Source: Botryllus schlosseri (lineage: Eukaryota). Taken from it: 64,000 bases of DNA. Below, piece by piece: positions 53,321 through 64,000 of this stretch. A program made the position numbers and the translations under genes. The stretch covers positions 248,001 through 312,000 of the forward strand of contig CM119371.1 in assembly GCA_051294905.1 (NCBI GenBank). Direction: 5' to 3'. The notes beneath the pieces were generated by a model. The model was not told where the DNA came from and did not search any database. It saw only the letters and a program-made list of their open reading frames with translations. The number at the start of each line of letters is the position of its first letter. Within the stretch, counting starts at the first letter, position 1.

Positions 53321-53621
53321 GCATTGTTCGAGCAATCGGACCGCCACTACACAATGACAATGGCCTGTTTTTTTTTTTTGTTTTTGGGTATTCATGGTGT
53401 TTGTCGAGTCGACTACTATGGTCATTTACACCAGGCCGATATTCATCTTATTTTCCGTAACTGCCGACTTATAACACGGATGAGGTGGCGAGGAGGAGCC
53501 TAGGTATACCTCCAACACTTGGGTGTCGGAATTCGGAAATCGACCTCAGCCAGACTCGAACCCGCACCCATTAATGTTGCAGCCGCGGATTATACCACTG
53601 CGCTATCTCGCCACAATGGCC
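53321..53621 (-). mobile_element. tRNA-derived SINE-like repeat (left member of divergent pair)
   Basis: The minus strand has an A box TAGCGCAGTGG, CT-GCA-A (Cys-like anticodon loop) and a degenerate B box GGTTCGAGTCT, followed by a ~220-bp body shared with 53626-53927. Confidence 0.7.
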
Positions 53622-53625
53622 TATT

Positions 53626-53927
53626 GGTGGGTCGAGATAGCGCAGTGGTATATTCCGCGGCTGCAACACTAATGGGTTGCGGGTTCGAGTCCAACCGAGG
53701 TCGACTTCATAATTCCTACACCTAAGTGTTCGAGGTTTTTCTAGGCTCCTCCCCGCCGTCTCATCCGCCTAGCGGTGTCCTACAAAAAGAAGTGGGCCGT
53801 GCAATAAGTCGAGATGGAATAAAAATGAAGAATATCGGTCTGGTGAAAATGACCATTGTAGTCGACAAACACCACGAATACCTCAAAACAGATGGCAAAT
53901 TGCGTCCAGCGATTGTTCTGAACAATG
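53626..53927 (+). mobile_element. tRNA-derived SINE-like repeat (right member of divergent pair)
   Basis: gagatagcgcagtggtatattccgcggctgcaacactaatgggttgcgggttcgagtcc contains A and B boxes. The acceptor stem does not pair, so it is not a functional tRNA. Confidence 0.7.
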
Positions 53928-54258
53928 AACGATCACAGTGAGTAAACTCAAGATGTGATCTAACCGTTAGGCTTATCAGTGCTATCTCGGGGAAAGAATT
54001 ACCGTATGTAGCATACTGCCAAAAAAATAGGAAGATCTGAGATATTCATGAAAAGTGTCAGTTTAAATATCACAGTAATATTATTTTGTTTTTCGGGTTT
54101 CGCAATTTAAAAAAGACGAATACGGTTTCACTGCATTCTATCTGCCTTGAAATTGAATCGATGTTATTGGTTAACGTATTCAGGAGATAAATATGATCCT
54201 TCTGCAGTGAATCAAGCGAATGCGAACACGATAAACTATATTTTCCGACGAGACTCAC

Positions 54259-55701
54259 CTTCATGAAGATTATCCGGCGTTTCGTCGTATATGATGCCGC
54301 ACACGAATCTGCGGACGACCGACCATCGCTCTTTGTGCAAGTGTTTAGAGTTGAAGCTGATGAACTTTGTATACGTCATTTCGACTACAAAGCCCGCGGC
54401 GAGGAATTCCTGGAGACTTTGATGGCAGAAAAAGAAAATGAAACTGCCATCCAACAGATTGCAACTGAGGAGGTTATTTCCTGGAACCTTCATCATAAGA
54501 TCTTGAACTTCATCTTTTGAAAGTCTAAACCTCTTCAAATCATTTTCAGAGAATGTCACTCTCCCTTCTTTCATGCCAAGATATGCCATTGCTTTCAATT
54601 TATTGATAATCCCGGCAATAGCATCAGCCTTTCTAATGTTTTTCACGCTACTTAAAGTGGATACAATTATTTTGTAGAGTCCTGTGACCGTCTTGGGAGG
54701 AGGCTCGTTCGGATTCTTGGCCATGATCACAGCGGTTAAGACCAGAAAAACGGGAATGGAAACTAAATTGATCAGCCTTGGTGACATCGTTTCTATCCTC
54801 GCCCATGCTTCATCCCCATGCTGATGTATCAGAAACACAAAAAGCTTCTTTGCGTCATCTAGATTCAAACCAGAAAGTGTGATGATGTCGGTGGGTCGAG
54901 CTTCCGCGGGCAAATCCGAGACTTGGAATTCTCGGGAAGAGATGACGATTTTTGTATCAGCGAGCAGATTACGTGAGAGGATGTTGTACATGATCGTTGC
55001 TGCTTTGGCTTTACTATAAGGATTTATGTTCTCGTCGCCATCTCTGTTGATTTTCCAAGTAGCCTGATCCAAACCGTCGAAATATAAAACTGCTTCTGAT
55101 TGATGTTCGATCAACCACTGATACGCATTATCCTCGTCGATCTTATTCTGAAAGAGGCCTCCGAAGAGAAATTTAGATGGTTTCATGGATCTTTTATCTC
55201 GCATGCCTTTTATTTCTATATAATGTATCAATTTATACTTGAGCTGAGAGGGGCTTGCAGTGGCTCCTGTATTCGTGAGTGAATGCCCTAAAGTTTTTCT
55301 AGCGATTCTGCGCATGAGAGTGGTTTTCCCAGATCCTGCAGACGCAACTATAGCGGTGATAGAACTTTCCCCGATGATAACTTGTTGTAAAACTTCATCT
55401 AGCTTGAGGAATTTGTTGTCGTCAACTTTTTGTCGGAGGAATCCGAACTCCTTTCTGAATTGATTTTTAACCACCTCTTCCTTTCGCCAGAAGAAGAATT
55501 TTCTTTTTACTGCCACTTCCATTTCGTGCACCTCTTCATAATTGCCTTTGAAATATTCCGACTTAGTGACTCTTCTCATCTAGGGATGTACTTGGAAATC
55601 AGGTTTGTTGAGGTCGTCGGCGCCGATGTCTTCGAGGATTCTGTCCGCCGTCTTTTGCGACGCATTATCGTTTATGCACTTTATCAGGGCTGAAGCTTTT
55701 T
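54259..55701 (-). CDS. NLR gene, NACHT NTPase exon (ORF 54236-55579; in-frame TAG at 55580-55582)
   Basis: Walker A ASAGSGKTT, Walker B VLYFDGLDQ, sensor-1 IVISSR, helical-domain IPVFL and winged-helix FCHQSLQEFLAA. Acceptor ttccag at 55702, donor gtgagt at 54258. Confidence 0.92.
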
Positions 55702-57190
55702 CTGGAAGATAACAATATTCTTTCTTCATTATATTTTATGTATAGAAATGATCGGACAAAAGCTATTACCACTGTTTGGTAATATTTTATATAACCTAGA
55801 ACCCAGGTATTAAAGAAAGATATAGAGATTTATATTGTGAATATTGCAGAATTCAGTTCGGTAAACCCGGTACCCTAAATTTACCAAGATATCAATTCAT
55901 TAGGGTTGAGTACAGCATCGTAAATGCCGCTAATGCAAGTCTATTCGTTTGTACGAACTTACGCGTAAGCTCCTCTCTCGCACCCATTCTCGGTATTGGT
56001 ATAGAACCCCGCGGCCCTAGTCTGCCGAGATTCCCCACTACTTGCTTACTACGTCAAATTTTAGTGACTGTTTGTTATTATCTTCGTGTGCGCTCTGCGC
56101 AGCGTGCGAGAGTGGAGCTTACGCGTAAATAGAAGCGAGAAGACTTCCATTATCGGCACTTACGGTTCTATACCATTACCGGTACCGAGAACGGCCAATG
56201 CCAGGAATGTAACTTACCGAGAAGGCGTTGTCAAGAATTTATATCTGAGAATCGACGCCGAATTTGGCAAAGCCGTCATGCACATGCACGTGACCTGTAT
56301 ATTAGGATCTTCAAAAATGACTTTTTTTTTTCTCAAATCGTACTGGCTACTTGATAAAATTGTTAGGTTGCCTAATTTAAGCCTACACACAAAATTCGGT
56401 TCAATTCCAGCCCGTAGTCGCTTTGCTATAGGAGAAAAATTTTTATATTTATTATAAAAAAATGAATATTTAAAAAATTAAAAATTTTCTGTTCACCCCA
56501 TGAAAGTGTTAGGCCGTCTATAGAAACGATGTTCACCAAATTTGGTTCAATTTCAACCAGTGGAAGCGAAGTAATTGTCGACGAAAAATTTGGATTTGAA
56601 TAAAATACCGTAGTATTTACGGTCGGCGCTACTATAATAAATAATTAAATTGGGTTACCTAACTATTTTATAAGTAGTACGATTTGAGAAAAAAAGTCAT
56701 TTTTGAAGATCCCTTTTGTTTATATGCATAACATGCCTGAATTGCATACTTTGCATTCTCGGTAACGGTTTCATCGGTATTGACCGGACACCGGCCGGCG
56801 GGCCACTTATCAACCAAGACTGGAAACTCGCGGGCCGTATGCTGCCCGCCTCTGAGCTAGGCCATCATATAGCTCTTTATGCAAATCGAAGAGAGTAGAA
56901 CCATACTAGAAATAGTTTACAGCATGTTGTTGAATCACTCCCTGACATTATTATGCAATATTTGATGAAAATTGCACCAAAAACTGGCTACGAAAAAAAG
57001 AGGAAAGTTGCAAAAAGTTGCACTATAAAATACCGCCAAACAGTTTAAAACACCATAGTACTTAGATTATGAGTATTTATTTACAAAGCTTTCGGAAGAG
57101 GTAGAAAAGTCGGCATAGTATACTAAACCACAGCTACTCTACTATATTCGAAAAATTACGGTACTCATTTACTATACATGTACTGTGCCA

Positions 57191-58336
57191 CAGTGGTTCT
57201 CAACCTCCTTGATCTCGTGGACCGCTTGAACTTCAAAACAAATGGTTTGGTTTATTTCCACAAAGCGTTTTGAACTAGGTATTTTATCCCACAGCGAATA
57301 GCGTGTCGAAATCAAGAAAGACGCACTGTACCACTTTTAAAAGTGAGAGTGAGAGCCAGAGCCATTTGTGTATTAAACATGATTAAATGATTAAATAAAT
57401 ATATTTGTATTTGATAGCTGAAAATCAAATCTTTATATTATTTCTCCATCATATATAATAAAGGATGATACTGTTTAGTTTTGTGACCTGCAACCTTGCA
57501 TGAAGTTTTTATAATATGGGTTGCTTTGATTGGAATTTGGAATACGTTTATGTTAAATTTATTGGACCAGATAGTATGAGCATAGTGTCCTATATGGTGT
57601 GGACACAGCGGAAGTAAAGGGCTCGTTGCATTTTGGTTAGGTCATACTTTCCATTTGACCAAAGGCAACTTTACGGCCATTTTTTATCGGGTTGATTAGC
57701 GCCAAATTCAATAAAACGGGGATCAATGGAACGCTATTGCTTTGATTCCGAAAATACAAATATCATTCTGTTCATGGCCCTAGAACCCCCATAATTAGTC
57801 TAGAAATTTGCATTGTTCTCGAGTTTTGTCATTGTGATGCAACAAAACTGACTGTCTCTTTCTTCTGAGCTTTACTCTCGTTTTGCCAGACGTAGCGTTA
57901 ATTAGTCGAGTGCTATTCGGGCACGATTCAAAACTATTTCCAATAGTAAAGTCACATAACCCAAAAATACCAACCAGCCTTTGAACTCTTACCACTTGTT
58001 TTTACTACTGTCCTAAAAATATGGGGATACCAGACCCAGGCAATTTTCGAAAGGGAGCGCTGCATTGGGAAAAAGGTTATAAGAACAACTGTACTATAGC
58101 CTCCACCATACTACCATGTATCACTTTTGTTTAAAAGTATGTGTAGCATTCACATAAAATCTGTCCAAAACGAGTTGCGGGCTACTTATGAGTCGCCTGA
58201 TAAAGACAAGAAATTTGCTATCAGAACCGAGTGCAAAAATACGTCCTAAACCCTGAACTATTTTCATCTTTAAATTAGGATAAATACTTTTAATACATTT
58301 GGTGGACCGACACTGGTCGGCAGCTGAGAACCACTG
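57191..58336. mobile_element. hAT (Charlie-like) non-autonomous element, degenerate
   Basis: TIR cagtggttctca / tgagaaccactg. TSD poorly conserved. Confidence 0.55.
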
Positions 58337-58486
58337 CTGTACAGTACATGTACACTACATGATGTAGGCTACTGCTCGTGCAGGATGTGTGCTATACATG
58401 GGTACTGGAATTTTCTCAGTAACTACATGCCAATTTCAGGGTATGTATTATACATGGGGGCGTAATATACATAAAAAATTACAGTA

Positions 58487-60906
58487 CCGTAAACCGGGGT
58501 TACTTTTGACTCAAGGGTAACTTTGGACACTAAGCAGTAAAAGATTTAAATGGTTATTAAATGGTTGCCGCTGAATGTCAAATTCTTTTTCATGAGGCAA
58601 CAGTACCACAAGTAGTCTCAATAAAAGATGGATTCATTTCACTACAAGATAAACTTGACCCAACATTGATAAATTAATGGCGGGGGTCTATTTCATCAAA
58701 ATTGATGGCTATTAAACTTCTCTCCAATAAACATTAATAGCATGTGATTCATAGACACAAAACTTGGCAACAGATACCTCTAAGTGGTCCTAATCCATGG
58801 CAATAATCTCAGTGGGCTCACCCTTACATCAATACAAGAAAATGTGATGTCCAAAGTTACTTTGGACAGTGGAAAATGTGATATTTAGAGCTCTGGAAAG
58901 TGGATGCTTCATCTGTGTCAAAGTGTATCGTCAACTCTATTTCTTATGACCGGCCTGATGGCTTTTTAAAATGGAATGAGAAGATTAATAAATTAGAGTT
59001 TGCCAAAATATGAAAAAATGGGTAGGCTAGGCAATGAGGTGAGATAGTGAGATATTGTAATCGGGTGTAAGCTACTTGAAAAACATATCACATATGGTAC
59101 TCCTAAAGATGCACCTGCAGAGTAAGGGATATCGTAAATTACGATAAATATATCCATCAGAGGACATAGGAAAGGGAAAGTCTATCTTTTAAAGAACAGT
59201 AATATATCGGAAATCGGCAATAAATCACGGTAACATGCTTAATGTATGCTGTCGATTGCTGACACTGCCAGTGGGATACCCCTTATCTCTATATGTCATT
59301 TATAAGTCCTAATGGGTGAAGCCATTGGGGAAAATTGAGAGAAGAGATGAATAAGGGGGTATTAGCCTACCTAATTTTTTTTTTTTGGGGGGGGGGGGGG
59401 GATTAGGTAAAAATCATGCGATAGGCCTGACATATACTATTTTGTTTCAGTTTTAGCTACTGCTCTCATCAACTCTTACCAAATAAACCTCATTTACGTG
59501 GTTTCATAAACAGTAGAGTGTAAAGGCATACAAAAAACTACATTTTTCACAGTTACCCCATCAAGCAATCTGAACTATCTTGCTTAATTCTGCATGGAGT
59601 TTTATTTTCCGTCATGGTTTGAAATAAAAAGGCACAATTGCATTGTTGATGGTGCTAAAAACTTCTGCAACATAGTTTTCCATATTACAAAGCTTTCTGA
59701 TACACGAATTCGCAACCTTGTACTACCTTTGCTACAAGGAAAAGCATATTTTGCACATCCGGATAATGTCTTTTGGAAATGCTCGGTGACGATGATGAAG
59801 GCCTCGGAAGACTTGCAAGATTTCAACTGTGAGCAGATCAAACAGAATACCAGATTCCAATTAATGACTTAGAAGGAGGATATGTTAATGAAACGAAACC
59901 TAAAAACAACGTTGACACTAGAATCAGATTGTTTAAAATCCCAATTATAAACATCAAGGCCAAATCATACCACTAAATTGTCAACTTGAATCTAAAAGAT
60001 ATGGAACAGCCACCAGCAATCAAAAACTCACCATATCTCGAGATGGAAAATCTAAGGTCATCTCCTCAATCATCCTTGGCACAACCAGGCAGTGGAAAGA
60101 GACGTTAAAGTGGTGACCAAAGCATCTGCCCATGTGTCGGGATTTAAACGTAGAGATGACTTAATCAGAGAAAAACTGAAGTCTCAAAAACAGATGAAAT
60201 CTTTTAATACAAAACAAGATTTCAAAGTTTGTGCAGACTAATACTCTGGTAGTGAAATCATCTTCGAAATATATCTTTTTCAATATGGAATTGATGGTTT
60301 TGTGTTTTCAATATGAATTAACAATTTATGTGTTTCCAATATGGAGTTGTCAGTCATAAGATCGATCACTACACGCTTTTGGCCTCGTACCCTGCTTCAG
60401 TGCCTAATTTTACCGAAAAATGGCCTAAAAATCAATAATTTGCTCATAACTTTTTTTCTGTTCATTTTCATGACAAAGTTCTGTGGAAGTGAGATAGAAA
60501 CTTGTTGCTTCCGCATCTTTTGAGCCCAAAATCATCTTTCTAGAGGAAGCGGTCATCAATATATAGCGAAATTAGCTATTTTTGGCTCGCCCGATGCAAT
60601 TGCACGACCACTAGAGGGTACACGAGCCCAAAATTATTATAGAAATTTTTTTTTTTAATTTGGCACCACATATCAAGTGTCCGTTTTAAAATTCAAAATT
60701 TTCCATTTTTCACTCCACCCTATTGGACACGGATAATTTACAAAAATGAAGTACTTATTTATAACAATGAAAATTTTTGATTAGGTAATTCTAATCTTTG
60801 TTCCATGACCCCTGAAAAACACAAAACTTGCCTCCCCTACACCCTAGCATTTCCAAGATACAAAGCGGAATTGTTGAAAATTGTCCAAAGTTACCCCGGT
60901 TTACGG
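58487..60906. mobile_element. TA-TSD MITE (pogo/Tc1-mariner type) interrupted by a hATm-like element
   Basis: TIR ccgtaaaccgggg / ccccggtttacgg flanked by TA, with repeated aactttggaca motifs. Confidence 0.75.
59560..60240 (+). pseudogene. Decayed DNA transposase (hATm-like) within an element ending at 60722
   Basis: YFPSWFEIK...DGAKN...AYFAHPDN and, downstream, HNQAVERDVKVVTKASAHVSGFKRRD across frameshifts. Terminus ...cactccacccta at 60722. Confidence 0.65.
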
Positions 60907-62784
60907 TACCACCCAATAACCTATTACATTTTATAAAGGGAATATAACTTAGAGCAGTGTTTAAATATAGAAGATTTTGAGAGACGTGAGTGAAAAAAGT
61001 GTTGAAGTTCCGGTGCTATACAAGCAAAGCCAGTAGGCTAAATGTGCACGTACATGGATACCATCTTCGTGAATACCACTGAAAAGTACAGGCATAACGG
61101 TACTGAATACCTCTGGTCTAGTTTTTAAAAGAGCCAATAAAGATATTTTCAACTTTTTAATAGAGAGTTGAATCGAAAAAGTTTGGGAAACACTGACGTA
61201 GAAGATATGAAGAGCATACTGTAGCAAAAATGTATACATCATTCATGATCAATATGTTGCCAGTAGCCTACTAAAACCAGTCAAGATATGATGATTAGGG
61301 GTAAGAAGTAATATTCATAGCCTGATTTCATTGAAGCTTTTTGTCATATTGATTGTTACTGGGTGATTCAATATCAAATCAACCATTTTGTGGTCACCCA
61401 ATCGTGAAACTTAACAAATTTTACATTGAATCCTTGCGATGGTGTCAGTCAGTCATAAAACAGATTAGCCAGATCACCTTGTCTAAACATAGTATGGAAA
61501 AATATCTTGAACTTGGCAATAAAATGATCCCAGGAGTAGAACCTGCTTAGAACACAAGTCTCAAAACAAGTCATCAACATAAAATTCAAATATTTTTAGT
61601 GTAATTCTGTCTACACAAATATAGCAAACGCTAGTTTCAAGAGGACCAAATCGCCTACTTCTGACTACAATACACATTACTGTCACAACTTCGAAAGTAG
61701 GCCTACGTTATATTACCATCTCATTTGCTTAGCATTCAGCGTTAGAATATATAGCTTTCATATGGCAAAAATGGAAGGGATACTTCCGTGATTTCAATGA
61801 GCAATGACCTCAAACTTGAGTTATATGCTGGTTCCGTACACAAATAACACAAATAGCTTGAAAAATATGGCTATGATATTATATGTTCATTCACGGACGG
61901 GCCACAATTGAGTACCGCCAGTCAATTGTGGGTTTGGGATGCGGCAGTTACATCTTGTGTTCCACTACTCGAAGTGCTATACGGTGTCGCGAGATTTTTT
62001 CTGTCTCCTGAGAGAGAGTGCCGCAAGGTCCAAAGGTTTGGAACTACTGATATAGAAGTCACGTTGTTAAAAATATTCGAACCAGTCATGGTCCTCTTCT
62101 CAGTGAATTCTTAAAAATTGCTGCTATTGGTATATTCCCGATTTAAGGCAGGGGCACCAAACTCAAACTCGGCCACATCGGTATGACGAGCCAGATATCG
62201 GCCTCACTCAATGTATAACCTGCGATATTCTCTCCCAGTTCCCAATCTAATCTATTCCAACCCCAATCTACGCGTCTACACTTTGTGAGGCTATAGCTAA
62301 CTAACCTACGGACCGTAGGTTAGTCATTTATAGTGAGCCATATTTCTCTATCGCCCTCTCCTGACCCATATCACTATTCCGCCAAAACTTTTGTTATATT
62401 CTGGCTGTTACTGAAAAAGCTTCTGACCCCAGCGGCAGATCAATCTCCTTCACTGCAAAACCATTACTGCTGTATACTTTTCCTGCTGTACGCAGGTTGT
62501 TTCTGTTGTTGTTGCAAGTACGGTACTCTTGTGTTATTGTATTATGACGTAACCCACTTAACAGAGGGTTCACCCTTAGGTCAAGGGAAAGTGATTCGGT
62601 GACCATTCATTGCGTATGAATCACTAGCATAAGCTGTATTAGTTTGTACTTTGTAGCAGAGATGAGCGGACTTGAATTTCTATGTCCTAATCCAATCCAA
62701 ATCCGACAAAATTTCACAAATCCTGTTTTTTCAAATCTCTAATCCTAATCCATGCTCATGGCGTCCTTCTGGCGTTCCTTCTTC

Positions 62785-63020
62785 GCCAACGCCTCTACAC
62801 CCTTGGAATATTTCATTAATGTTGTGTGCTGTGTTCTCGGCTATTTATAACCGACTATTTGCTCGTTAACGTTTGTTTTGTATCGTTACTACCTTACTAT
62901 CGTATCTTGCCTGTCTACTAGTTGTTGTTGTTTTTTGTTATTATTACGTCATAGACACAAAATAGTTCTTACATTTCGAATTTGATCCACCCCATCACTG
63001 ACGTCCGCTACTGATGAGGG
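62785..63020 (+). mobile_element. Penelope pLTR fragment (same family as 41541-43642)
   Basis: aacgcctctacacccttggaatatttcattaatg...ccccatcactgacgtccgctactgatgag matches 43366-43584 and breaks off inside the hammerhead core. Confidence 0.85.
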
Positions 63021-63539
63021 TCATCAAACTCGATCATGCATTTGTAGAGATGTTATCCCAATCTTATCTAGAATCTTAGCCAAATTTACTGGGGCCAGAA
63101 ACTTTGCGCACCCTACTGTTCACGAAATGCAATCTAACAGTTTTTGAGCAAGTGAAAATACTAATGCGAACCAGAATTTTGTAATTCGTAGCTTCTTTAC
63201 TTTTGCATTTATTTTAATTTCACAAACCTTATCGGTATCATCCTTTTGGCTGACGCCTCACATTTCGTTTGCCTCACTCAGATATGAGTATATTCGTTTG
63301 ATAACATTTCATTGACTGTCTTGTAGCCTATTCGCTGTTAGTCGTTGCCAGTCACTTATTTCTATTCTCTGTTTGTATTTTCCAGTACTCATGATTAGGA
63401 ATAGTTCGAATACGTTCAAGTTTTTATTTAATTAAACGGTAATCTATGTATCACGAATGAAACATGAATTGCTTGAAATTGTAGTTAATTATGTCGCTGC
63501 GGTTGTCAAAGAACACCTCTGTACCGAATCAATAACACG

Positions 63540-63875
63540 TTCAACAGTAATTGTAATTATAAATGTAAATAATTACATGTTTAACAGTAATTAAATTGTA
63601 ATGGTAATTTGATATTTTTAGCATCAAGTAATTTTAATTGTAATGTAATTGAAACATGCAAGGGAGCAGAGTTGGATCAATTGTAATTTCTAATTGTAAT
63701 TGACTGTAGTGAATTACATTTTTCAATGTAATTGTAATGTAATTATAATTGAAGCATTTTTATTTTGTGTAATTGTAATTGTAATTGTAATTTAACAAAA
63801 AATTTGCCTAATTACAATTTCAATTACATTAAATTGCTATTGAGACCTGACAAGCACAACATAAAATAATTGACT
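63540..63875. repeat. (GTAATT)n-rich dispersed repeat
   Basis: Degenerate TGTAAT array. The same family occurs at ~47970-48150 and ~49125-49225, and the shared body at 48455-48620 matches 63042-63215. Confidence 0.65.
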
Positions 63876-64000
63876 TATAATGCATTCTTTTTAAATGTCG
63901 ACAAGGAATTTGGTGGATCCATTCGCGGAAGCCCTTGACTGCGCCCTTGCGGGCGAAGTTTTTATATTTTTACCGCTATGCTGGCCTCGGCTGCCATTGT

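Noticed and set aside
53626..53700. Functional tRNA-Cys gene
   Set aside because: A and B boxes are present but the acceptor and anticodon stems pair poorly, and it continues into a shared repeat body, so it is treated as SINE-like.
60961..62606. Upstream death-fold/CARD exons of the NLR
   Set aside because: Candidate ORFs overlap MITE ends or lack convincing splice sites and domain signatures.

Overview
AT-rich eukaryotic genomic DNA with spliceosomal introns and dense transposon content. It is probably from a marine invertebrate such as a tunicate, which is an inference only. (1) A minus-strand, multi-exon NLR (NACHT-LRR) immune receptor gene runs from 55701 or further upstream down to a terminal exon at 22884, with an in-frame TAG just before the NACHT ORF. 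(2) Its last intron holds a 14,955-bp element (23889-38843) with Polinton/Maverick hallmarks: AGTAGT...ACTACT termini and a perfect 6-bp TSD (ACTGTA). The element is almost entirely a palindrome, with two ~6.7-kb near-identical arms around a 953-bp spacer and no intact Polinton genes, so it looks like a non-autonomous fold-back Polinton. It is nested in a hAT MITE and carries a TA-TSD MITE in one arm only. (3) Another NLR intron holds a 5'-truncated Penelope-like retroelement (RT + GIY-YIG) with an inverted pLTR and two minimal hammerhead ribozyme motifs. (4) Positions 1-12 kb contain several decayed, intron-flanked copies of RBM28/NOP4-like RRM3-RRM4 exons. (5) The rest includes a 2-kb fold-back hAT-type element, a head-to-head pair of tRNA-derived SINEs and many MITEs. 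Most short ORFs in the supplied track are spurious.
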